64,000 bases of DNA. Origin: Candidatus Hydrogenedentota bacterium (GTDB taxonomy: Bacteria > Hydrogenedentota > Hydrogenedentia > Hydrogenedentales > SLHB01). Both the position numbers and the translations under genes were made by a program. The notes under the pieces are model-generated. The model was not told the origin of the DNA. It did not search any database and saw only the letters and a program-made list of their open reading frames with translations. The stretch lies in contig JAIBAQ010000005.1 in assembly GCA_019695095.1 (NCBI GenBank), positions 25,144 through 89,143 on the forward strand. Reading direction: 5' to 3'. Shown here one piece after another: positions 47,668-57,449 of the stretch; the first letter of the stretch is position 1, and every line of letters begins with the position of its first letter.

Positions 47668-48972
47668 ATGGAAGGTTGTAGGACGGGATGTGCTGACTAT
47701 CGCGCTTTCAATCGACGGGATTTCCTGAAGGTTGGAGTCATCTCGGGACTGGGTCTGACGCTTGGCGACTATTTCCGGTTTTCGGAGGCCCGCGCCCAAA
47801 CAAGTCCCAAGGCCGAATCCGTCATTTTCATTTTCCTCGCCGGCGGCATGAGTCATCTGGACACGTTCGATCCGAAGCCCTACGCGCCGATCGAATACCG
47901 GGGTGAAGCCGGGACTGTCAATACCAATACGGGCGAAGTCTTTGGAGGCGTTTTCCCGGGCTTGGCGTCTGTAGCGGACAAGTTGGCCGTGATTCGATCT
48001 ATGACGCACGGGGAGGCTGCCCACGAACGCGGCACGCACAACATGCTCACGGGATACAGGCCGAGTCCGGCGATTGTCTATCCGAGCATGGGAAGCGTGG
48101 TGGCACACGAGTTCGGTCCGCGCAACGATCTGCCGGGATACATTGCCATACCTGGCGCAAGCGATCCGTTCATGGGCTCAGGGTATCTCAGTTCCGCGTT
48201 TGGACCTTTCAGCGTGGGGGGAGAACCCGCGACGGATGGTTTCCAAGTTCGTGATTTGAGTCTTGCGAGCGATGTGACGCCAGAACGCATGGAGAGCCGC
48301 AAGACCTTGCTGGCTGCCGTGGACAGTCATTTCGCGTCGTTGGAGAAGACCGACGCGCTGAATGCGATGGACAGCTACTATCAGCGCGCGTACGCGCTGA
48401 TAAGCTCTCAATCGGCGCGTGAGGCATTCAATATTTCGGCAGAACCGGCGGAGTTACGCGATGCGTACGGACGCACGGCGATGGGGCAACGGCTGTTGCT
48501 TTCCAGAAGGCTTGTCGAGGCAGGCGCGCGTTTCGTGAGTGTCATTGATGGCGGGTGGGACATGCACACGAACATCAAGGCGAGCATGAACAACCAGGCA
48601 CCAGGGCTCGACAAGGGCTTGACGGCGCTAATCAATGACTTGGCAAATCGCGGTCTTCTCGAGAAGACGATGGTCGTTTTGACAACGGAATTTGGCCGTA
48701 CCGTTCGGATCAACAAGGACGGCGGCCGGGACCACTGGCCGAAGGCGTTCAGCATGATGCTGGCCGGAGGCGGAATAAAGGGCGGGATTATTCACGGCGC
48801 GACGGACGCGTATGGCGCTGAACCCGCAGATTCGCCAGTGGGGCCGGGAGACATCGCGGCGACGGTGTTCACGCAGTTGGGTATCGACCCGGCGCGTAAG
48901 CTCATGAGCGCCGGTGACCGGCCGGTTGACATCGTACGGGATGGAAGCGTCATCTCCGCAGTGACGGCGTAA
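47668..48972 (+). CDS. DUF1501 domain protein (sulfatase-like, Tat signal)
   Basis: Twin-arginine motif NRRDFLKVGVISGLGL. DUF1501-typical FIFLAGGMSHLDTFDPKP and DHWP motifs. Confidence 0.8.
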   Translation: MEGCRTGCADYRAFNRRDFLKVGVISGLGLTLGDYFRFSEARAQTSPKAESVIFIFLAGGMSHLDTFDPKPYAPIEYRGEAGTVNTNTGEVFGGVFPGLASVADKLAVIRSMTHGEAAHERGTHNMLTGYRPSPAIVYPSMGSVVAHEFGPRNDLPGYIAIPGASDPFMGSGYLSSAFGPFSVGGEPATDGFQVRDLSLASDVTPERMESRKTLLAAVDSHFASLEKTDALNAMDSYYQRAYALISSQSAREAFNISAEPAELRDAYGRTAMGQRLLLSRRLVEAGARFVSVIDGGWDMHTNIKASMNNQAPGLDKGLTALINDLANRGLLEKTMVVLTTEFGRTVRINKDGGRDHWPKAFSMMLAGGGIKGGIIHGATDAYGAEPADSPVGPGDIAATVFTQLGIDPARKLMSAGDRPVDIVRDGSVISAVTA

Positions 48973-49015
48973 TCAGTAATTTTGCGCGGGCCATGGGGGC
49001 CTGTGATGTTGCGGC

Positions 49016-51391
49016 ATGGATGTGAAGGCGTACATGTTCAGGAATGCTGCTGTTCTTTGCTGTCTGTTGGGTGCGTTATCGGTGGATGCGTGGGCCGTAT
49101 CCCCTTCGATTGGCGACATTCTGCCTCGGGGCGCGGCGCGAGGCTCGACGGCAGAAGTTGATGTTGTCGGCAACAATCTGTCCGACGCGGTCGATCTCAT
49201 GTTCCACGACGCAGGCATCACGCTTGTCGAATTGACGCCAGTCGATAACGGCAAAGCGCACTGCAAACTGCAGATTGCGCCGGATTGCCGGATTGGCACG
49301 CATGCCATCCGTATTCGAACCAAGTCAGGCGTCTCAAATCTACGACTCTTCAGCGTAGGGTCGCTGAATGAGATTCAAGACACCGAACCGAATAACGATC
49401 CGGCAACGGTTGCCTCTGTCCCGCTTGGGACGACCATCAATGGGTCGATAGACAACGAAGACGTCGACTACTTCGCCGTGGATCTTCAGGCCGGGCAGCG
49501 TCTGACGGCTGAGGTGGAAGCCATCCGCTTGGGCGGTCCGCTGTTCGACGCGAAACTGCGGTTGTTCGGACCGGCGGGTCATGAACTTGTTTCGGAAGAT
49601 GACACGGCGCTGTTGGCACAAGACGCCGCCTTTGTGTATCACGCGGCTGAAGCGGGACGATACGTGCTCGCTGTCAGCGAAGCCGCATATGGCGGCGGCG
49701 GCGGATTCTACTATCGGCTTCACGTTGGTCAGTTTCCGAGGCCTTTTGCAGTGACGCCCATGGGAGGACAGCCGGGAGCGCAGGCGAATGTTCGTTGGCT
49801 TGGCGATGCGGACGTGCCCGCACAGACGATCACCCTGGCGTCCGACGTTCGGGGGTTGAGCCCCATCGACCCCAGCACCGACCTGGGAGTTGCCCCATCG
49901 CCGATCCCGTTCCGAATTTCCGATCTGCCCGATACGCTTGAAGCGGAACCCAACAACGAACCTGGACAAGCCACCGCGGGTGTCGCGCCGGGCGCGTTTG
50001 ACGGAGTTATCGAGGCTGCCGGAGACAGTGATTTTTACTGTTTCGACGGCACCAAAGGCCAGGTCTATGACGTTCGCGTGTACGCCCGCGAAATGGGTTC
50101 ACCTCTGGACAGCATTTTGACGGTCTACAATCCGTCGGGAGGCGCGCTCGCGGACAACGACGACGCCGTGGGAGTCGACAGCGCGTTTCGAATCACGCTC
50201 GCAGAAGATGGCCGCCACGTTATTCGCGTGACCGATCACCTTGGCGCGGGTGGCGCAGCATTTGCGTATCGCGTAGAAGTGGCTCCCGTAAAGCCCGTGT
50301 TGAAGCTGGGCTTTCTGGAGAATGATGCCGCTTGCATAGTCGCCCCCCAGGGCAACCGGGCCTTTCTGCTGTTGTCTGCGGCGCGCGCCGATTTCGATGG
50401 GCCTCTGAAACTCACCTTTGATGGTCTCCCACAAGGCATGACGGCAGATTTTGATCCCTTTGCTGCGGGGCAAGGCGTCATCCCTGTCGTGTTCTCCGCG
50501 GCACCTGACAGTCCGGTGGGCGGAGGACTCGCGTCTGTCACAGGCAAGCTTGACCAGGAAGGTGCGGACGTTCAGGGCGGCATCGATTACAACGTGGTGC
50601 TCCTGGAAATCGCCAACAAAGTCCCCTTCTTCGTGCGCAACGTGAATCGGTTGGCGACTGCGGTGGGCGAGGCGGCGCCGTTCTCAATCGAGTTGGTTGC
50701 CCCCAAAGCCCCGGTTGTTCAGAACGGCTCGATGACGCTGAAGGTTGCTGTCACGCGGAAAGAGGGTTTCACGGCCCCGATTTCGCTTCGCATACCGTGG
50801 CTACCTTCGGGTGTGGGAGCGGGCACGGCCGATGTACCGGAGAATGGCACGGAGGCGGGCATCATCATTAACGCGAGCAACGGCGCTGCATTGGGCAAGT
50901 ACCGGCTCGCGGTGGTGGGTTCCAGCAGCGGATACACGGTGAGTACGTCATTGACGCCCGTCGAGATCGCGAAACCGTGGGTCACGTTCGAAGTGGCCAA
51001 AGTGGAGACTGAACAAGGCAAGCCCACCCAACTCGTGGTCACGGTCAATCAAGGTCAGGAATACGCGGGGAGCTATAAGGCGGAATTGCTGGGACTGCCC
51101 AAGGGCGTCACGTCGCAACCGCAGGACATCTCGCATGACACAACGCAGTTGACTTTTCCGATTGAGGTGGCGGCAGATGCGCCTGCCGGAAAATTCGAAG
51201 GTTTGTTCGTTCGGTCGGTTTTGTCGTTTGAAGGTGAAGACGTATTGAATCAGTCCGGAGGCGGTGCGCTGACCATCTTTGAGCCGCTGCCACCCACACT
51301 GCAAGCCCCAGAGCCGGCGCCGGCACCGACCCCGGAGCAGCCGAAGCCCGAGGAGCCGCAGAGGAAGACGCGTTTCCCGAAGACCGCATAG
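49016..51391 (+). CDS. Secreted protein with bacterial pre-peptidase C-terminal (PPC)-like domains and Pro-rich C-terminal tail
   Basis: Signal peptide. Two PPC-like segments (DVDYFAVDLQAGQRLTAEVEA; GDSDFYCFDGTKGQVYDVRVYA). C-terminal PEPAPAPTPEQPKPEEP. Confidence 0.5.
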   Translation: MDVKAYMFRNAAVLCCLLGALSVDAWAVSPSIGDILPRGAARGSTAEVDVVGNNLSDAVDLMFHDAGITLVELTPVDNGKAHCKLQIAPDCRIGTHAIRIRTKSGVSNLRLFSVGSLNEIQDTEPNNDPATVASVPLGTTINGSIDNEDVDYFAVDLQAGQRLTAEVEAIRLGGPLFDAKLRLFGPAGHELVSEDDTALLAQDAAFVYHAAEAGRYVLAVSEAAYGGGGGFYYRLHVGQFPRPFAVTPMGGQPGAQANVRWLGDADVPAQTITLASDVRGLSPIDPSTDLGVAPSPIPFRISDLPDTLEAEPNNEPGQATAGVAPGAFDGVIEAAGDSDFYCFDGTKGQVYDVRVYAREMGSPLDSILTVYNPSGGALADNDDAVGVDSAFRITLAEDGRHVIRVTDHLGAGGAAFAYRVEVAPVKPVLKLGFLENDAACIVAPQGNRAFLLLSAARADFDGPLKLTFDGLPQGMTADFDPFAAGQGVIPVVFSAAPDSPVGGGLASVTGKLDQEGADVQGGIDYNVVLLEIANKVPFFVRNVNRLATAVGEAAPFSIELVAPKAPVVQNGSMTLKVAVTRKEGFTAPISLRIPWLPSGVGAGTADVPENGTEAGIIINASNGAALGKYRLAVVGSSSGYTVSTSLTPVEIAKPWVTFEVAKVETEQGKPTQLVVTVNQGQEYAGSYKAELLGLPKGVTSQPQDISHDTTQLTFPIEVAADAPAGKFEGLFVRSVLSFEGEDVLNQSGGGALTIFEPLPPTLQAPEPAPAPTPEQPKPEEPQRKTRFPKTA

Positions 51392-51403
51392 GTAGAGGAT
51401 GGA

Positions 51404-53842
51404 TTGGACATCATGCAGGAGCGGCAACTGAGATTACGAGTGTGTGCTTGGGTCGGGGTGGCGCTTTGCGCGTCGGCGGCGTGGGGAGACACGCTGTCTG
51501 TGTATCCTTCCTCCGTGCAATTGGACAACCAGAATGACCACCAGCGCGTCATTCTGGTGGGCACACGCGACGATGGCGTGACGCTGAATCGCACGTCGGA
51601 GGCCGCCGTCACGTTCGCGCCCGAGGGCATTGCCAAGTGGGAAGGCGGCAAGCTTCAACCCGTGGCTGACGGAGAGACCGTTGCCACGTTTGCATTCGGG
51701 GACCAGTCATTAACCGTACCCGTCAAGGTTTTGAATGCGTCGGTCAATCCATCCCCGAGCTTCCGAAACGACATTGTGCCGGTGCTGATGAGGGCTGGGT
51801 GTAACTCAGGGAAATGCCACGGAAGCTTTCAAGGAAAGAACGGCTTTCGGGTGTCGCTCTTCGGTTTCGATCCGACCATGGACTACATCAATTTGACGCG
51901 TGACAATCGTGCGCGACGCCTTAACACGGGCAGCCCCGAAGAGAGCCTCATGTTGACCAAGGCCACGGGGCAGGTGGACCACACGGGCGGTACTCGCTTC
52001 ACGCATGAAAGCCCCCTTTACAAGGTCATTGAGCGATGGATTTCCGAAGGGGCTCATGACGACGCGGCTCCCCCTCCCGCACTGGTTGACATTGAGATTC
52101 TGCCCAAGAATGCGGTGTTGGAGGGCAAAGGGGTCCAGTATCCGTTCTTGGTCAGAGGCATCTATGCAGACGGTTCCGACCGAGACGTCACTGACTTGAC
52201 GCTACTGAGCACGAGCGACGATTTGACGGCGACCATCGACGACTCGGGTGTGATCACTTCGGGCGATCGCGGTGAAGCGAGCATCATGGCGCGCTACGGT
52301 ACGTTCGCGGTGGTCTCGCAGGTGATGGTGCTTCCGGAAGGTCTGGCATTGCAGTGGCCTGATGTGGCCGAGCGCAATTACGTCGACAAGCTCATTTTCG
52401 ACAAACTGAAGAAGCTTCGCATCCCTCCGGCGGAATTGTGCTCCGATGAGACCTTTGTTCGGCGTGTCTATCTCGACATTCTGGGTGTCGTGCCGACGGT
52501 CGATGAGACGAAGGCATTCTTGGCGGACACCGCGCCCGATAAGCGAGAGAAGCTCATAGACACCTTGTTGCAGCGGCCCGAATTCCCTGAATTGTGGGCG
52601 ATGAAATGGGCCGATTTGTTGCGAGTCCAGACGATCGCAAACACGGTCGACCGGAAAGCGTTGCAGCGTTACAACGATTGGCTGCGGCAATCGATCACGG
52701 CGAACAAACCGCTGGATCAACTTGTGCGGGAACTCCTTACCGCGCAGGGCGGCAACTTCACGGCGCCGGCGACGAATTTCTATGTGGCTGAACCATCGCC
52801 GACGCAGATGGCAGAAAACGTAGCTCAGGTGTTCTTGGGCATTCAGATCAAGTGCGCTCAATGCCACAACCATCCCTTCGAGCGATGGACCATGGACGAT
52901 TACTACGCGTTCTCGGCTTTCTTCGCACAAGTTGGTTCAAAAGGGTCGAGCGATCCCCGCGAGCGCATCACCTATGACCGGCGTTCGGGTGATGTGAACA
53001 ATCTAAAAGATGGCAGGGTGATGGCTCCGAAATATCTGGGAGGCGCCGAACCCGACTGCTCAAATCGTGACCGCCGCGCCGCATTGGCGGAGTGGATTAC
53101 CTCGCCTGATAACCCGTGGTTCGCGAAGAACATTGCCAATCGGGTGTGGGATCAGTTCTTTGGGCGAGGAATCACGAATCCGCCTGATGACGTTCGTGTA
53201 ACGAATCCTCCAAGCCATCCGGAACTGGAGACCGAATTGGCGAAACATTTGGTCGAGTACAATTACGACCTGCGGAAGCTGGTGCGCGATATTTGCACAT
53301 CGTACACCTATCAAATGAGCACCCAACCGCGCGATCCTTCGATTAAGGATGAGCGCAACTTTTCGCATGCGCTGGTTCGCCGGTTACCCGCGGAACAATT
53401 GCTCGATGCCGTGTGCAACGTGACGGAGAGCAAGGTGAAATTTCCGAACTTGCCATTGGGTGCGCGCGCGGCGGAAGTTGCGGACGGACCAAGCGGAAAC
53501 TACTTCTTAACATTGTTTGGTCGTCCTGCTCGCAATACGGTCAGCGCGTGCGAACGCCGCAGCGAAGCCACGTTGGCGCAGGTGCTTCATCTGGTGAACG
53601 GCGACACAGTGACTTCGGCTCTGAAGGCCCCAGGTGGACGAGTGGAGCGTTTGTCAGCGGCGGACAAACCGCCCGCGGATATCGTTCAGGAGTTGTGGCT
53701 GGCCGCGTATTCGCGCACTCCGACGGCGGACGAGCAGGAGAAGTTCAGCGCCTACATAACCGCCGCCACGGACAAGCGGGCCGCTGTAGAGGATTTGTTC
53801 TGGAGTGTGCTGAATTCGAAGGAATTTGTTTTCAATCATTGA
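51404..53842 (+). CDS. PSCyt2 / DUF1549 / DUF1553 protein (Planctomycete cytochrome-C-like; usual partner of DUF1501)
   Basis: Signal peptide. Big_2-like N-terminal region. CNSGKCHGSFQGKNGFRVSLFGFDP (PSCyt2), CAQCHNHPFERWTMDDYYAFSAFF (DUF1549) and a C-terminal DUF1553-like region ending EFVFNH. Confidence 0.8.
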   Translation: MDIMQERQLRLRVCAWVGVALCASAAWGDTLSVYPSSVQLDNQNDHQRVILVGTRDDGVTLNRTSEAAVTFAPEGIAKWEGGKLQPVADGETVATFAFGDQSLTVPVKVLNASVNPSPSFRNDIVPVLMRAGCNSGKCHGSFQGKNGFRVSLFGFDPTMDYINLTRDNRARRLNTGSPEESLMLTKATGQVDHTGGTRFTHESPLYKVIERWISEGAHDDAAPPPALVDIEILPKNAVLEGKGVQYPFLVRGIYADGSDRDVTDLTLLSTSDDLTATIDDSGVITSGDRGEASIMARYGTFAVVSQVMVLPEGLALQWPDVAERNYVDKLIFDKLKKLRIPPAELCSDETFVRRVYLDILGVVPTVDETKAFLADTAPDKREKLIDTLLQRPEFPELWAMKWADLLRVQTIANTVDRKALQRYNDWLRQSITANKPLDQLVRELLTAQGGNFTAPATNFYVAEPSPTQMAENVAQVFLGIQIKCAQCHNHPFERWTMDDYYAFSAFFAQVGSKGSSDPRERITYDRRSGDVNNLKDGRVMAPKYLGGAEPDCSNRDRRAALAEWITSPDNPWFAKNIANRVWDQFFGRGITNPPDDVRVTNPPSHPELETELAKHLVEYNYDLRKLVRDICTSYTYQMSTQPRDPSIKDERNFSHALVRRLPAEQLLDAVCNVTESKVKFPNLPLGARAAEVADGPSGNYFLTLFGRPARNTVSACERRSEATLAQVLHLVNGDTVTSALKAPGGRVERLSAADKPPADIVQELWLAAYSRTPTADEQEKFSAYITAATDKRAAVEDLFWSVLNSKEFVFNH

Positions 53843-53936
53843 TGAGGGCGATTGAGCGTATATCTCGGAGCATATGGCTCGGGGATGGGCTTCGAAGTGA
53901 TGTCGATCAGGAGGAAGGACAGTACCATGATGAACT

Positions 53937-54433
53937 GGATGAAGCGGGGTGTAGTCCTTGCGGCATTGGCTGTGGCGGTTTCGGTGGGTGGAGCGCTGGT
54001 CGCATACGCCCAGGAAGCCCAGCCGGCCCCGGCCCCTGCTCCTGCTCCCGCGCCTGAGCAACCTGCTGCTCCTCCCGCGGAGCAACCCGCGCCGCCAGCC
54101 GAGCAACCGGCGCCTGGCGCAGACATTGACAAGGTCCTTGAGGAGTTGGCTAGCCTCGGGCCAGATGCCATTGCGGGACGAGTAACGGCGATGGTGAAAG
54201 ACGTTGAGAGCCTGAACGGGGAAGCCGCAAAGCTGCGCGAACAGGCAACGGATCTGGAAAACAAAGCGAACAGTCTTAAGGCGCGCATAGCCGTCATGGA
54301 GAAGTTCACGGCTGCAGTCATGGCGTCTCAGCAACCTGCCGCCGCGCCCGCGGAAGCCGCGCCGGCTGCGGCTCCGGCCGAACCTGCGCCCGCGCCTGAA
54401 CAACCCGCTCCCGCAGAGCAGCCGAAACAATAG
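53937..54433 (+). CDS. Secreted Ala/Pro-rich coiled-coil protein
   Basis: AGGAGG RBS. Signal peptide MMNWMKRGVVLAALAVAVSVGGALVAYA, (PAPA/EQPA)n repeats flanking a heptad coiled coil. Paralogous to the N-terminus of the downstream gene. Confidence 0.45.
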
Positions 54434-54445
54434 GAGGCGTACACG

Positions 54446-56164
54446 GTGGTCGCTCCGAAGTACAGATTGAAACGGCATGGCCGGCGCCTGTGTGTTGCCC
54501 TTGCCCTTCTGTTGAGTTGTGCATTTGCGCATGCCGATGGACCTGCGCCTGAGGCCATAGACGCGGCCATCGACAAGCTGGTGACCTTGGATCCGGCAAC
54601 TTTGGCCGCAAAGCTCAAGGAATACGCAAGCCAGGCGGAAGCGTGGCAAGCAGAAGCCAATACGCTGAAGCAGAAGGCAGATGAAATCGAGAATCATTCA
54701 AAAGAGCTTGCCACGCGCGTTGAGGCGCTCAAGGAACGCGCGAAGGCATTAGGCATGGCGTTGGGTGAACCGGCAACGACCATGGTGGCGGAAGCAGCTC
54801 CGGCGGCCGCTCCGAGCATGGAGATGCAAGCTCAGGCTGAAGCTGCAGCGCCGAAGGTAAATTTTCAAGAGCACATCTTGCCGATACTCAAGCAGCGTTG
54901 CGTGAAGTGCCACAATCAAGATAGTGCCAAGGGCGGTCTTGTTGTGGATACGTATGCATCGCTCATGGAAGGCGGCAGTTCGGGCGCGGTGATTGCAGCG
55001 GGACAACCCGATTCCAGCCGCTTATTTAAACTGGTGAGCCGTGCCGAAGAGCCTTATATGCCCCCTTCGGGAGATCCGCTGACAGCCGAACAGTTGGCGC
55101 TGATTAAGGATTGGATACAGTCTGGCGCGCCGCAGGATGCCAACTCAAAGGTTGCCGCAGCCGAGGCAATGGGCGCGGAGAAGAAAGACGTCTATGTGGC
55201 TGCGGCGATCGTCGACGGTCCACCACCCATGCCTGAAGTCGCGCTTCAAGCGCCCGCAGCGGAGTTGGCGAAGCGCGTTGTAGCGCGCGCCGTGGCAACG
55301 AGTCCGCGCGCGCCGTTGGCGGCTGTCGCGGGGTATAAGCAGGTCCTGCTCTACAATCTTGCGGACTACAAGTTGCTTGGCGCTCTTCCCTTTCCCGAAG
55401 GCGAGATTTACACCATTGCCTTCAGCGTTAATGGAGAACTTCTGCTCGCTGGTGGTGGCGTCGAAGGCGATTCGGGCCGAGTGGTTGTATGGAATGTGCG
55501 CAAAGCCGAACGCGCCGGCGTGTACGGGGAAGAGTACGACACGATTCTCGCGGCCGACGTCAGTCCTGACCACAAGCTGCTTGCATTGGGAGGTCCCAGC
55601 AAGAAAGTTAAGGTCTATTCTCTAGCCGACGGCGCACTCGCTTACAAGCTGGAGGACCATACCGATTGGATCACGTCGATCAAGTTCAGCCCCGACGGCG
55701 AATTGCTGGCCACCGCGGATCGCGCGGGCGGGCTTCTGCTATGGCAAGCGGCAAATGGGCGAGCCGTGGAAGCGTTGCGAGGACACACCGGCGCAATTAA
55801 CGACCTGGGATACAGCGCCGATTCTGCGTTGCTCGCGTCGGCGGGAGCCGACGGCACGGTACGTCTGTGGGACACCTGGAAGTATGCGCAGACCGCATCG
55901 ATCAGCGCGCATCCCGGCGGTGCACTGAGTGTCGCATTCAGCGCCGCAAACGAACTCGTGACGACCGGCATCGATGGTCTTACGAAACGGTGGGACACCG
56001 GCGGAAAGAACCTCGCCACGTATGAAAAACTGGCGGACTGGGGCTATCAGGCGCGCTTTGGCAATGCCGGCGCGCTGGTGCTCGCAGGAACATGGACCGG
56101 CGAAGTGTCCGTGTGGGATCTAGCCGGGGCTCGCGTGGCTACAATGAGCACCAACGCGTCGTAA
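54446..56164 (+). CDS. Secreted PSCyt1 (Planctomycete cytochrome C) domain plus WD40-repeat protein with N-terminal coiled coil
   Basis: GTG start after a TAGGAGG RBS. Signal peptide. ILPILKQRCVKCHNQDSAKGGLVVDTY (PSCyt1). About 6 WD40 repeats (GHTGAINDLGYSADSALLASAGADGTVRLWD). Confidence 0.7.
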   Translation: MVAPKYRLKRHGRRLCVALALLLSCAFAHADGPAPEAIDAAIDKLVTLDPATLAAKLKEYASQAEAWQAEANTLKQKADEIENHSKELATRVEALKERAKALGMALGEPATTMVAEAAPAAAPSMEMQAQAEAAAPKVNFQEHILPILKQRCVKCHNQDSAKGGLVVDTYASLMEGGSSGAVIAAGQPDSSRLFKLVSRAEEPYMPPSGDPLTAEQLALIKDWIQSGAPQDANSKVAAAEAMGAEKKDVYVAAAIVDGPPPMPEVALQAPAAELAKRVVARAVATSPRAPLAAVAGYKQVLLYNLADYKLLGALPFPEGEIYTIAFSVNGELLLAGGGVEGDSGRVVVWNVRKAERAGVYGEEYDTILAADVSPDHKLLALGGPSKKVKVYSLADGALAYKLEDHTDWITSIKFSPDGELLATADRAGGLLLWQAANGRAVEALRGHTGAINDLGYSADSALLASAGADGTVRLWDTWKYAQTASISAHPGGALSVAFSAANELVTTGIDGLTKRWDTGGKNLATYEKLADWGYQARFGNAGALVLAGTWTGEVSVWDLAGARVATMSTNAS

Positions 56165-56183
56165 GGCACCATCTCGCCGTTAG

Positions 56184-56369
56184 CCCGGATTTCTCACGAA
56201 CACACTTGACCTTTTCTCGTAGCCAGTACGTTTGCGGGACTTACGACGAAAAACAAAGCGGTTCTCCGAAAGAAGAGTGTGTTCGCGAGAAATCCTCATG
56301 GCATAACCTCAACGTCTTGCACGTGAGCAATTTGCGTCGGCGCTCAATCGCGCCGCTGCGAAATGCGGG
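56184..56369 (+). repeat. Repeat family R2 copy 2 (~186 bp)
   Basis: About 88% identical to 28158-28343, including the 17-bp inverted repeats (ggatttctcacgaacac / gtgttcgcgagaaatcc). It fills the gap between convergent gene ends. Confidence 0.85.
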
Positions 56370-56765
56370 TTAGTGGGAACACGTGCAGGTATGGTCTCCC
56401 CCATGAATGTGGCCCGAGAAATAGGCGGCCGCGGCATCTTCGGGAGATGCTTCGGGATTCACCATGAGTGGAGTAATCCCATGCTCCTTCAATTCGCTTG
56501 CCGCGCGTGAACCCATACCGCCGGCTATAACTGCTTCGCAATCGTGCAGCAAGGCCATGAGATCCGCGTGGCCATGATGCTCACCGTGAGCGTGGCCCTC
56601 GCCGTGTCCGCAGCCCACGTGGGATGAACATGCATGGGTGTTGGCGCGTGCTTCCCTTCGGACGATTTCGTTTGCCTCCAAATCGTAAATCAAAAAGCAT
56701 AGGCTCCGTCCGAAGTGCGTCGAAATGCACTCGCCGTCCGACGAGGCAATAGCAATACGTTTCAT
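56370..56765 (-). CDS. NifX/NafY/NifB-C-terminal-like cofactor-binding domain protein (dinitrogenase FeMo-cofactor biosynthesis domain family) with His-rich insert
   Basis: MKRIAIASSDGECISTHFGRSLCFLIYDL and CEAVIAGGMGSRAASELKEHGITP match the PF02579-type fold. The insert is CSSHVGCGHGEGHAHGEHHGHAD. Start position approximate (the Met at about 56763-56765). Confidence 0.7.
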   Translation of the reverse strand: MKRIAIASSDGECISTHFGRSLCFLIYDLEANEIVRREARANTHACSSHVGCGHGEGHAHGEHHGHADLMALLHDCEAVIAGGMGSRAASELKEHGITPLMVNPEASPEDAAAAYFSGHIHGGDHTCTCSH

Positions 56766-56828
56766 TGCGGGAATCCCCCTTGGTTGTTCCTGTGACGGCA
56801 TACTGCCGACTGTATCCGTGCTTCTCTT

Positions 56829-57242
56829 CTACGTCTCACTGCGTCGCGTCCGTTGATGCCGTTGTCCACGTCCCCGGTGCTCGTGGCAACGGCGAACGCT
56901 CACTTGAGCGCATGCAGGACACGCACTTGGCTTCGATTCGCCAAGCGTGTCGCTCATGGTCACTTCACCACCCTCAATAACAAGTAAACGGCCAGCTACC
57001 AGTGCTTCCGCGACCTTCCTGCGCGCTGCTTCCACGATGCGGCCAAACGTGGCGCGCGATACGCCCATGCGTTCGGCGGCGTCTCCGTGATACAAGCCTT
57101 CCAAGTCCGCAAGCCGCAGCGCTTCAAGTTCATCAAGGCCCAGCGCAATTCGTTCAAGTCCCGCGGCAGGAATGCCCAAGGGCTTGAACGCCTTACACCC
57201 TGGCTTGAGACCGATTCTCCGGCAGCAGACAGGTCGCGACAT
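56829..57242 (-). CDS. DUF134 (UPF0251) predicted DNA-binding protein with Cys/His/Arg-rich C-terminal tail
   Basis: MSRPVCCRRIGLKPGCKAFKPLGIPAAGLERIALGLDELEALRLADLEGLYHGDAAERMGVSRATFGRIVEAARRKVAEALVAGRLLVIEGG is collinear with archaeal and clostridial DUF134 proteins (CRR...FKP...ELEA.RL.D.EGL.QEEAA.RMGVSRPTFGRIL.EAR.KVA.ALV.G..I.IEGG). Start refined from the ORF 56829..57299. Confidence 0.8.
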   Translation of the reverse strand: MSRPVCCRRIGLKPGCKAFKPLGIPAAGLERIALGLDELEALRLADLEGLYHGDAAERMGVSRATFGRIVEAARRKVAEALVAGRLLVIEGGEVTMSDTLGESKPSACPACAQVSVRRCHEHRGRGQRHQRTRRSET

Positions 57243-57270
57243 TGAGGAAGTGCTCCATGGCCACGGTTTC

Positions 57271-57292
57271 ATTATAAGCATATGCTCATAAT
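57271..57292. promoter_or_regulatory. 22-bp imperfect AT-rich palindrome (ATTATAAGCATATGCTCATAAT), candidate DtxR-family operator in a divergent promoter region
   Basis: One mismatch to perfect dyad symmetry. It lies 29 bp upstream of the DUF134 start and about 160 bp upstream of the DtxR-like gene. Confidence 0.35.
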
Positions 57293-57449
57293 TAATCAAG
57301 TCCGGTGCATGTGATCCGGGGATGATACTCGCCTCAATTCATGCAATGATTGTCTAGTGCATGTCCTTGTGTGCGCGTGATACACTCTCTTCCGGACGCT
57401 GCAGAGTGCGCAGCCTGGGCGTACGACGGGGTCCGCAGGAGAAGAACTC

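Noticed and set aside
53654-54697. 347-aa minus-strand ORF
   Set aside because: It is antisense to the Ala/Pro-rich gene and the start of the PSCyt1-WD40 gene. GC-rich low-complexity DNA gives long open frames on both strands.
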